A DNA stretch of 64,000 nucleotides from Squalus acanthias. Lineage: Eukaryota. Below, in pieces: positions 26,001 to 38,000 of the stretch. The stretch covers positions 65,968,001-66,032,000 of the forward strand of contig CM059443.1 of NCBI GenBank assembly GCA_030390025.1. The letters are read 5' to 3'. The notes below the pieces were generated by a model. It did no database searches, was not told where the DNA came from, and saw nothing but the letters and a program-made list of their open reading frames with translations. Position numbers and translations under genes: made by a program. The first letter of the stretch is position 1, and the number at the start of each line of letters is the position of its first letter.

Positions 26001-29000
26001 TCCTGAGTTATAGTGTACAGCTTGAGTCAACACAAAACCAAAACACGTGCAGTATAGAACAGGCAGGTAAGTTTATTTAAACTTTCCTATCCTATTTCTA
26101 CAGCCACGCTACAAACTCAGTCATCAAATTCCCATTACATTGAATTCTCAAGAGGATATTCCTATATTATTGACTTGCCGTTTCAATTGACGTCATGCTT
26201 TAATGATTATAATCTACTGTTAAAAGACTCCAGGCTTCACCTGCCAAGACACTAACAGTAGCTCAGTCATACACTGCAAATTGGATTAATGCGTTTTTAA
26301 TGAAAATGATACTGATTAGATTATCCATATCACAGATACCAAAACATATGCTGGCAAAATCCAGCAGAAGAAAGAGAATAGCGGTTTCAAAACCATCACC
26401 CAACTACTGCATCTGACGTGCCACACACTGCAGGCATTTACATATATGCCTAGAAATTGTATGGATATATTACTGTATAAACACAATTCATCTTATGAAA
26501 TTATGCTATTTTAACAGATGTTAATGCACGGGCAATCTTAAAAATGGTGGACAACGGAATTTTAAACAATGATGTTGGGTTCATATGATATTGCACAACA
26601 CAGTTAGGGGCACGGTAGTATAGTGGTAATGTTACTGGATTAGTAATCCAGAGGCCTGGACTAATGATCAGTGGTTGACTCTTAACTGCCCTCTGAAATG
26701 GCCTAGCAAGCCACTCAGCTGTATTCAAGGTCACCACCACCTTGGTGGGCAATTAGGGGATGGGCAATAAATGCTGGCCTTGCCAGTGACACCCACAGCC
26801 TGTGAATTAATAAAATAAAGTTAGGTTACGAGTCAACCTCTCATGGTGCTGCACATGGAGCGTCAAGACCAAGTGTAGTCTTCAGGTGAAATGGGTTAGA
26901 GTCCAGGGCACACAGACATAATTCAGTCCCCATTCAAAGTTATACAGTCTGCCCCTATTTTTATATTTCCATTATAAATTTCTATGTCCTCATTAATAAA
27001 TGGAAACTGGCCATGTAAACAAGTCACGCTATAATTGCACCCTCTCGGCAGGGGTGGCAATTAATAACCATCAGCAGCAGGAATCCTGGCCAATTTTCCC
27101 CTTCCTAATTTGAGGGGTTTAGGATGAGATCTGCTAATGAGGCACAGACCAAGTATCAAACCTGGGATCTTCCTGGGTTTTGTCATTCATCTACTCTCTG
27201 GCTTAGTGACTTAAAAAAAAGTATGAGATATTTTTTCCTCCTTCATATTAATCCAATAGAATCCAAGGTTTATATTCAAATACTTCAGACAGAATAATTT
27301 AAATGAGCAGAATAAGCTAGTAAAATGGTCAAAATGCTTCTGGGAAAAGTGTTTCGCAATAAAGAAATAATAGACTGGCTATTAAAGCTAGTGTTCAGGT
27401 TTTCATTTTTTTTAAAAATAATATCCCTGAATAAAAGTGTTTTGGCAAAAGCAACAAGAATCATGGCAGATCTATAACACGCAGGTAATAGACAATTGTC
27501 CCTTCATTAGAAACAGGTTATCAGCCAAGTCAGTAGCTTTTAAAAAAATACACACACCAGCCTTTAACCCTGCTACTACACCGACAACCACAGTCCTGTG
27601 GTAACTGATCTGTTAGACACCCTGTCGCCACAAAAGACCATTCATTCCATGACCTGATTCAGCACAACTAGCAGTTATCCACAGACACATGCAACCTAAT
27701 TATGGGATACCCGGCACCAAAAGACATCAGGTACCAATTGTCAATTTCTTTTGGCTTCCATGAATAAACTTTATAGTCAGACAGTTTATCAAAAATGAAA
27801 ATGCCACTTGGCTAAACATTCATTTACATCATGAAGCCTCTGGGTCATGTGTGAGTTGGTGACTTCACTTCTTGGACACAAAACTGGCAGCACAACTCAA
27901 GTCAGATTGCGAGCTGACCTCAAGGGACAGCACGGAGGGGACCGGTCCGTGTCTCGCAGCTTCGACTGCACATTGCATGGGGCACAACTCCAGTGAGGCG
28001 TCGAGCCTAGTTTATAAAGTGCTCAGGGTGTATGTCAGAGCCACTGGCACTTCAAGAACTTGTTCTGAGCGTGCCAACACTCCTGCTTGCACTCTTTCCA
28101 GCCAAGAACTGAGCCATGTGCATGCATGGAGGGGTCTGTGGGGCCAGAGTCACAGCAAGACAATATAAACAAGGTGCTGCCAGCTATGAATCGATAAGAG
28201 ACTTTTGAGGAGGGGGGAAATAAAATCTAGTTTTAAAAAACAAACTTCTTTGGTGAAGGCTACAGTAGCAATTCTACAGCAACTTAGAATCTGCAAAGCT
28301 AGAAATCATCTCTGGTTCAGAGACATCTCTGTTTTAGCCTTTGAAATGGCTAGTTCAATGACAGCAGGCAATTTAATACGAAGAATGTTCAATAAATAAC
28401 TCAACTACACACCCAATGACCAAAGACTGCTCAACTGAAGTGTTAAATAATTTGATGCCAGAGATAAATACAGTTTGATTTTAACTAATCTAGGCTTGAG
28501 AAAGACAAACCTAGATTTAAACTGTTGATGCTTTGAATCAGAAAGTTACACAGCAGTGAACACAATTGATCTCTCACATGGGAAGAGGGAAGATACTTAT
28601 TATGGATGGTCAGTATTCTGACCAAATATCCTTTCGACACGTGAGCCTGGACAGTAAGTGCTGATGAGCTACTTGACCACTGAGGGATGGGGGAGGGAAA
28701 CAGCAGCCAAGTCATGTCATGACATGGTAGCAATCAGGAGTAGAATGGGAAATGTTCTCTTTTCTAGTCTGCAAACACCAAGGTCAAATATGCCAATCCA
28801 GATAAGATTGGCTAACGCAGGTCAGGGATCAAAAATGGCTCATCATCATACGAAGCAGTGTCTTTACCAACAGTGCCACTGGGAAAACTTTTGAACCCTG
28901 GGATTTAAACACAAAAAATTAAAGATGGATGAGAGTGTGCACCCATTATTAAATCAGACACACAGCAGGTTTTCAAAGCTTTTCCTCGTAGCTCTTCTGG

Positions 29001-32000
29001 TTATGGTAGCGAGTGGCCGATTCCTGCACATCAAGTTTGATCCTTAATCCGAGCTGAAATGATTTAACTCAACTGGGCCTGTAGTTGGGGCGCAATTGAT
29101 CTCACCACCACGGGTTTAGGGAGGGGAAACAGAGTTCTTGTGCTTGGTTACTATCCTGTGACCCTGATGGAAAGAGCGTGTGTGTATAGACATCAGGCGA
29201 GGACAGGATTGGACATGGCTGGGACATCCTCCAAGATCGAATACCCCGTTGATACTTACTGTCAAGTTTGACAGATGGGTAGCCACTAGGCCGAAGTACT
29301 GGGGGCCCCCCAAGCACGAGAGAAACCGCCCCCCCAGCACGAGAGAAACCGCCCCCCCCCCCAGCACGAGAGAAACCGCCCCCCCCCCAGCACGAGAGAA
29401 ACCGCCCCCCCCCAGCACGAGAGAAACCGCCCCGCCCCCCCAGCACGAGAGAAACCGCCCCCCCCCCCAGCACGAGAGAAACCGCGCCCCCCCCAGCACG
29501 AGAGAAACCGCCCCCCCCAGCACGAGAGAAACCGCCCCCCCCCCCCAGCACGAGAGAAACCCCCCCCCCCCCGCACGAGAGAAACACCCCCCCCCAGCAC
29601 GAGAGAAACACCCCCCCCCCAGCACGAGAGAAACACCCCCCCCCCAGCACGAGAGAAACACCCCCCCGCCAGCACGAGAGAAACACCCCCCCCCCAGCAC
29701 GAGAGAAACCGCCCCCCCCCCAGCACGAGAGAAACCACCCCCCCCCCCAAGCACGAGAGAAACCACCCCCCCCCCCAAGCACGAGAGAAACCACCCCCCC
29801 CCCCCCCCAAGCACGAGAGAAACCACCCCCCCCCCCCCCCAAGCACGAGAGAAACCACCCCCCCCCCCCAAGCACGAGAGAAACCACCCCCCCCCCCCCC
29901 CCAGCACGAGAGAAACCACCCCCCCCCCCCAGCACGAGAGAAACCACCCCCCCCCCCCCCAGCACAAGAGAAACCACCCCCCCCCCCCCCAAGCACGAGA
30001 GAAACCACCCCCCCCCCAAGCACGAGAGAAACCCCCCCCCCACCCAAGCACGAGAGAAACCCCCCCCCCACCCAAGCACGAGAGAAACCCCCCCCCCCAC
30101 CCAAGCACGAGAGAAACCACCCCCCCCCCAAGCACGAGAGAAACCACCCCCCCCCCCAAGCACAAGAGAAACCACCCCCCCCCAGCACGAGAGAAACCAC
30201 CCCCCCCCCAGCACGAGAGAAACCACCCCCCCCCCAGCACGAGAGAAACCACCCCCCCCCCCCAGCACGAGAGAAACCACCCCCCCCCCCAGCACGAGAG
30301 AAACCACCCCCCCCCCCCAGCACGAGAGAAACCACCCCCCCCCCCAGCACGAGAGAAACCACCCCCCCCCCCAGCACGAGAGAAACCACCCCCCCCAGCA
30401 CGAGTCCAATACTTCAGGATAGGCGGGGGAATACTGGTGGAAAAGGGAGGGGAAGAATCTTTCACGCAAATCATAGTGGAAATTTATTCACAAACATCCT
30501 ATTTTAGACACATTGCAATCCATACTGATAGGAATTATGAAAATAAAGACAAATAATGTCAAATTATGGCAGAACTCTGCCTGCAAATCCTGACCAAAGA
30601 AGCTTCACTTACTTTGGCTCAGAGGTGATAACAATGACACATTGCCGCTGATCTCCAAAGCTTGTCCAGTTCTTAGCTAATGCAACCATAGCTCCAGCAT
30701 CAAGTAGCCCATACCCATAGGAGTGACTGACTGGAAGAGAAGAATGAAATATCTCAGTAACACAGATCGTGGCAATATTCCTGTCTGTTTTTGACAATAA
30801 AGATTGTTTCAGGCTTTTTGTAATACTATGAACACATGATCCATAGCACAACTGCAAAGCAGCTGGAGGAGGTGGGGGGGGGGGGGGGGGGGGGGGAGGG
30901 GAGCAAACAGAGGGGGAAAAAGAAAAAAGGGATAGGGGAGTAAAGAGAAAATCAGTCCTAAATATATCTACCCTTTATCGTCTGACAATTCGAAAGGATT
31001 CAAGTTGAAATTTTGTCTCCAGCACTGGTAAAGGAGTAGAAAATGCTGAAGAGTTAGCAGGTAAAGGACAGGACACCCATCAAATCTCTCATTCTGTCTG
31101 CGACATCCTAATTTATGCAGTAGAAAAAAAACAGGTTTGTTCTAACTGCCATTTTGTTCAGATGCTTTTGCTTTCTCTCGGTCTCCAGTGAGTGAAGGTA
31201 ATACAACAACAGGCGGCATTTATATAGCACCGTTAACTTAGTAAAAATGTCCCTGGGTCCTTCACTGGAGCGATTACCTAACAAAATTTGACACTGAGCT
31301 GCAGAAGTAGCTATTAGGACAGGTGACCAAAAGCCTGGTCAAAGAGGTAGGTTTTAAAGAGCGTCTTAAAAGGAGGAGAGGGAGGCAGAGGAGGTTTGGG
31401 GAGGGAATTCCAGAGTTTATACAATATCCATACAATATTATATGGAGGCAAGGTCGCCCAACATCCACAGAGCAGGCAAAAAGCATTCACTGAACCTATA
31501 GGGTTCTCATCAACATGCTAACAAAAAGATGTACAGGTCTCAGCAAACCACAATTATAAGGCATTGAGCGGAGAAAAGATTACACAAGATTAAATTCTAC
31601 AGACTACAGAGAAGGCAGTTATGGACAACCTCATCAAAATATAGATTAAGCGGTAAAAGCAGAAAATGTATTCAAATTAAACCAGGAAAATAGAACCAGC
31701 GAACAAACATTGAAATTGATGAAAAGAAAATTTCAAACAGGGAATCAGGAAGAACTTCATTACTCATTGACAAGTATATGCAATAACCTGCCAGGCTTAA
31801 TAATAGAGGCAAAAATGCTGGGAGTTTTACAAGTTACAGCTGGATGCTGTGAGAGGAGAGTTAGGGGACCACAGGGATAAGCTTCGATGAGCTGAATGGC
31901 ATTTTCCTTTGCCCCTTATTTTTCTTTTATTTCCAGATGAGTCTCAACACGAGATGCAGGCAGACAAATCAAACAGTTGCTGTTGTTACCTTTGCGGCCA

Positions 32001-35000
32001 ACACCATTTGTAATCCAGTCGTTAGTGGAGAGGTGGGAAGGTTTGGATGTCCGTACTACAAGGTGCTGCATGTCTCGCCAGGTCAGGTTTTTACTAGGGA
32101 AGGAAAGAAAAAAATATTTAATGAATGGTATGAGATTTTCAGCATCACTAGTTACGTGGTATGCAATTTTCAACAGGGAATGTTACCTCATCATGCTTCG
32201 GTTTCAGATTTTTAAAAAATGATTTAAATGGCAAAGGACAGCAAAACCAATGCAGATTAGTTTTTACTTAATTGGGTCCAGTATAGACCTTCATCAAGCT
32301 ACACTGCATTTCTGCTCATCTTTATCTGTACCGACACTGATCTTGTACAAAATCACATCTGCAGAAATTTAAACTTAAAGTTCTCCCCATAGCTCAGTAG
32401 GTAAATGCACCGTGTGGTGTGGTACTGAGAAATTTAGATCAAAAGGTACCAGGTTTGATCTTCAGTCTGTTCTGAGGTTATAGACAAGGTAATCCTGGAA
32501 ATAGTTGGGTTGCCACCACTGGTCAGAGTTCCTGTAAGTTTATGGGGCCGGGGGAAGAGGGGAAAATCAGGGGAGGGAAGACAAAACAGCCAGGGATCTG
32601 ACTCCTAATGAGTATCCAGTGACCGCTGCTGAAAAATGCGCAAGTCAGATACAGACAGAATTTTTCGCCTCAACTGATGCTTTCGCAGTCTAATAGCCTG
32701 CCAACACTCTCAGTCTAGGCTTATGTGAAGAATGACCATTTGAGTGATACCCACAGAAATATGTCCCAGCAAGATCCAAGCACCTCCAGGACAGGAGGGA
32801 AGAANNNNNNNNNNNNNNNNNNNNNNNNNNNNNNNNNNNNNNNNNNNNNNNNNNNNNNNNNNNNNNNNNNNNNNNNNNNNNNNNNNNNNNNNNNNNNNNN
32901 NNNNNNNNNNNNNNNNNNNNNNNNNNNNNNNNNNNNNNNNNNNNNNNNNNNNNNNNNNNNNNNNNNNNNNNNNNNNNNNNNNNNNNNNNNNNNNNNNNNN
33001 NNNNNNNNNNNNNNNNNNNNNNNNNNNNNNNNNNNNNNNNNNNNNNNNNNNNNNNNNNNNNNNNNNNNNNNNNNNNNNNNNNNNNNNNNNNNNNNNNNNN
33101 NNNNNNNNNNNNNNNNNNNNNNNNNNNNNNNNNNNNNNNNNNNNNNNNNNNNNNNNNNNNNNNNNNNNNNNNNNNNNNNNNNNNNNNNNNNNNNNNNNNN
33201 NNNNNTCACACAATTTTAAAAACTGACAGTTTTGATAGAAAATAGCTACAATTTAAATACTGTATTTATTTTATCCTTAACTAGCAAGTTGCCACACAAA
33301 CATTATGCTAACAGCTGCGAGTTGTTAGACTGTGATGCATACTTCGCCTCCAGTGCAAGGGCAATGATTCCGGCAGCAAGAGGAGCGGAGGCAGAAGTTC
33401 CGGTATGCGACTCTGTACATTTCTGTCTGAGATCAGTGGTAACCTAAACAGAAATAAAGGAACAACTGTTACGAGGCATACGAGCAACCAAAACATGCGA
33501 GTATCTCAATCAGGTGCTACAAACTGCCACCAAGTGCTGGGAGTCTGAAATAAAACACAGACACTGCTGGAAATGCACAACAGGTCTGTCAGCAATAGCT
33601 CTAACAAAGGGTCTCAACCAGAAACATTAAATAGTCTTTTTTGTTTCAGACCAGATATGCTTTCTGTGATCATGGGAACAGTCTCAAAAATGCATGATAT
33701 AGCACTTATGCTTGGTTTATACAGTGTCCTCCCTGCTCCAACATTCAAGTCTATCGAGATGACCCAAAACTAAAGGCAGTTTGTACCGAGGGCTAGTCAG
33801 ACAGTTGTTGCACACCAGCTGGTATTAATTAGCAACACACGAGAGGCTTACACAGGATGGGGTGGGAAAGAGATCAAAGTGCTCTCATTCTACAGCCACC
33901 ACAGCTTTTAATGGGATAGCACCACTGTGACTTTGTCTCATTTGGAGGAAACTTGCCTTATTGCATATCCAAAATTTAAAAAAAAGTGCGCTTGTGACTG
34001 TCTCCCTTCCGAGAGGACACCGATTCTAGCTGGGCAAGGAATCACAGTTGCTGGCCATCCTCTGGTGGCCATTTTACACACGCCAGCTCAAAACGGAGTG
34101 TCAACAGCCTATTTGACCGTGATATGTATTGCAACCAAACCGGATGCTGGTTTCACCGGACATCAGCACAAGTCACCGGATAGCAACCAGGAGTGGGAAT
34201 CCTGGCCGATTTTTACCTCCGTAAGAGACCCGAAGACCCATTGTAGCATCTTAACTGCTGCCCATTTCGTATATTAACTCAACAGAGACTGGAGATCAAA
34301 CAAGGTTTGATCTGAAATGACCTCCTAGTCTGTGAAAGCATTGCTACTACATTGGAAGGAGCCTTTATACACTGGGCATTGGGACAATAGTCAGTGGAAA
34401 TTTGAAAAGAGAACTCCATCTTTTCAAGCAAAACCAAAAACTCTTCACACTTTCAGGATTGAACAACACGTCAATAACAAGTCAAGCAAAGGGTTTTCAG
34501 AAAAATCAACTGAAACGTAAAACAGAAGGACAAGACAAGATTGAAGTTGCTTTAACACAATTGTAGACTGCTTAAATACACAAAAGCCTCTTATTAAATT
34601 ACCAGTTAAGGAGAAGCAAAAAACAGGTGAGTCATCAGAAACAATTCCTCTTTCTTCGAGAAATCTAAGCAGTCTGACTCACTGCTGCTGCATGCTTCTA
34701 TTGTCAAAATGAATGCTGGTGAGATAAAAACCTTCAACTACCCCATACCCTGAGAACAGATAGAAGCAAGCAAGCATGTGGATTCATATTACATGGCAGC
34801 ATGCTTGAGGTAATGAAGCAGGAAAGAAATCTGGGGATTTCAGTGGACATGTTTAAAAAAAGGTGGTTCAGTGCTCACAGGCAGCAAAGAAAACAATTAA
34901 GTTGTTGGGTGTATAGATAACTAAGTTCTGAAACATTAACTCTGTTTCTCTCTCCACAGATGCTGCCTGACCTAAGTATTTCCAGCATTTTCTGTTTTTA

Positions 35001-38000
35001 TTTCAGATTTCCAGCATCCGCAGTATTTTGCTTTTGTATTAGATAACTAAATTGTTGGGGTGTATAGATAACTAAGAGTGCGACTTCTATGTCTTAAAAA
35101 AAAAGATAAAAAGTTGTAGCTGGCCTTGGTAGGGCAGCATCTGGAGAACTGCATTTGGTTTTGGTCTCCATATTGCAGGGAATATGTAGCGTTATTGGAG
35201 AGAGTCCAGGAGCACCGATTCCTGAATTCCAGGAGGGATGAGTTAGCAGAGAAGATTGCCTAGCTGGGACTTCACTCTGAACAGCAGGATAAGAGGGAGG
35301 ACTTGACAGAGGTGCAAGATTTTCATAGGTGGGGAGAATCTCATCCAGGAAGGTACTGCTGTTAGGCACAGGATTCAAGGACTAGGCAACAGTGTTTAAA
35401 GTTCAGCGTGTCAAAATAAAATGGGAAATTTAGGCATTTTCTTTAAATAAAAGGGTGATAGAATTGTGGAACAGATTGCCAGCAAGGGTGGTGGTAGAGA
35501 ACCATGGCAGGGTTTAAAAACATATGCATTAGTTACAGAATAATAGTAAGGAAACTAATGGGAGGTTTGAACGGGTAGGTTACAAAGCCCAAATGATCTT
35601 TTCCTAAAACATTACTACACCTAACCTTGTCCATTACTACCAGTTCAAATGTAATTGCACTCGTTTCTCTTTCCTACCCCTGGTTGAGATGGGCTAACTA
35701 GCAGTGATTATCCAACCTTAGGATGCACCATACAGTAGATTTCATAGAATACAACCATAGAATTTAAGCACAGAAAGAAAACCATTAGGGCTATCGTGCC
35801 TGTTCCACTACCAGCTTCACTCAGCTGTCTATTCCAATCCAGTTTTCCCTGGTCTCACTGCGTGCCCTTTAATATTTTTAAGAGGGAAGTAATCTGTTAA
35901 ACGTCGTGACGGAATTTGCTTAATAGTCACTTGTGTAATGTAAAGTAAAACCTGCATGTGAAAAAAATATTCAGGCAACATTGTTATTAGGCTTTTACCC
36001 AATTAAAAAATAAAGTTTTATAATGCAACATTTTGAAAACAGGCACTGATTATTTCAACATTATTGCATCTATAACTGAAAACAGGCATCCAACAAAAAA
36101 AGTTTAGAACTTTGGGCAACAATAAAACTTTAACATGGAGTAACAGCTACTTACAATCTGTTTTTCAAATTGACCTCCACTGCTGTACGTAGTAGCAAGT
36201 GTTGAGGAGCATGCCTCGCTGTACCACGGCACATTCCCATTTTGAGTCGTGCTGCTGATTGAAAGGGTGTAAATACTGTTTGTGTATCCGTCACAGTTAC
36301 AGCTGTCGCGCTCCCGGCCACCATTCCCAGAGGCCCACACGAATATCGAGCCCAGGTGACCACGTCCCTGCAAATATTTAACCAAAACAAGTTAAGACCG
36401 TACACCTTGTGAAGTCCAATCTTGTACTGTTGTTGAACAAAATTTAATTACAGTATTTGGATAATTTTGGGCTACAAAATTGTGCATGTTTTTCAGAAAT
36501 GCATTTGTAACCAAGCTATTTACATGGAATTTACAGTATAGAAACAGGCCTTTTGGCCAGACAAGTTTATGTTAGTAATAACACAGAAAATGCTGGAAAC
36601 ACTCAGCAGGCCAGGCAGCATCCGTGGAGAGAGAAACAGAGTTAAGTCTATGTTGGTGTTTATGCTCCACAGAAATGCATATTCCACTGTACATAACATA
36701 TCCTGCACAATATGCACAAGTAATATTTACTTTACCTGAGAAATGCCTTTATAGAATGCTGCCTGTGCGAGTTTAGCAGGTCCATCCACTGTCTTCCCAT
36801 CATCTTCTGGACCCCAGCTGGCACTGTAGATGTCAATGTGCTGAGGGTACATACTGAGGGACTGAGCTTCCACGGCATCAGTCACCTCTCCATCCAGCAT
36901 TCGCACACCTACAGAATCCAAAAAAAATACACAAGTTAAAATGGCTGGAACACCCAGAGTGGGAATGAGCCATAAGAAAGTCCCAGGTTCAAAACTTAGT
37001 TGACAAACTATCAGAGGGGAAGGGGTGCTACAGAACAGAATACATAAGGGAGAGGGAATAGAGAAACTAGAATTTCTGCTCTTCTATTATCCCGGAATTC
37101 CTGCTGGAAACACACATGTAAAAATTGTGCGTGATGAGGCTGGGGATGGTAGCCTCTACTGGCGAAGAGCCTGCCAGCACTCTCTGTGCACAATGTGAGG
37201 AATGGTTATTTATGTGATCAATCGTAAAGTGGAGAGAGGTAGAGAGACGGAGAGGTTTGGGGAGGGAAGTCCAGTGCAAGAAAAGGCCATTCAATCCATC
37301 AGACCCCTGCCATCCAGAGTCAATGTATCTCATCATGTCTCCCCCCACCAACCCATTGGTCCCCATCTTTGAAGCACTCAAGTCTAAAAATGACTGTTGC
37401 TAATTATTAGCATGTACCATATTCCTTTATCCACAAGTTCAGTGGAGGAGTTAACTTTTAAAATAGTGGACAAAAGAATGCATTACAAACACAAGCATTT
37501 GACCGCTAATATCGCCAGCCAGGTGGGGGAGAGAGAAAAGAGAGGACGAAGAATTGTTTTTAAAAAATTGACCACCGTTTTTGCTCCTGGGTGATATCCA
37601 CTTTCCTGTTGGAAGTGCCGTGTAAAGATTGGACTGAACTGTATTGCCCTTCATGGCTAAGTAGCATGTTGATGCTCACTAACAAGGCTCACACCTAAAC
37701 AGCCGCCATTTGGGCAATATTCCAGAGGCAGACTGGTGCCTGTGGTACTGACCCCAGCAAGGAGGGGAAGGGAGGGAAACGCAAACTGAAAGTAGATACA
37801 GCGCTTTAAAAAAATATTCCAACGTGTATTCTGGTGTTTTCGATTAAACTAACTGCAGTTGCAGATAATACTAAACAGACTCATGGTCGGAAAATAGGGC
37901 ACTGCATTTTATTCCTCAAATGCCTTACAAAACTTCTACAATTACCACTGGCATCAGCTAGTAAAAAGGCTTTACATCCTCATCAAACAGGTTTGCTAGC

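Noticed and set aside
29102-30556. Long Gly-rich and Pro-rich ORFs of 371-458 aa
   Set aside because: They are translations of the stop-free VNTR in several frames on both strands, inside an intron, with frames shifting at homopolymers.
30872-30902. Poly-G tracts (also near 43421, 61030 and 63451)
   Set aside because: Common homopolymers of uncertain length; nothing specific beyond generic G4 potential.
32710-33226. ORFs spanning the N run
   Set aside because: Artefacts of unknown bases.
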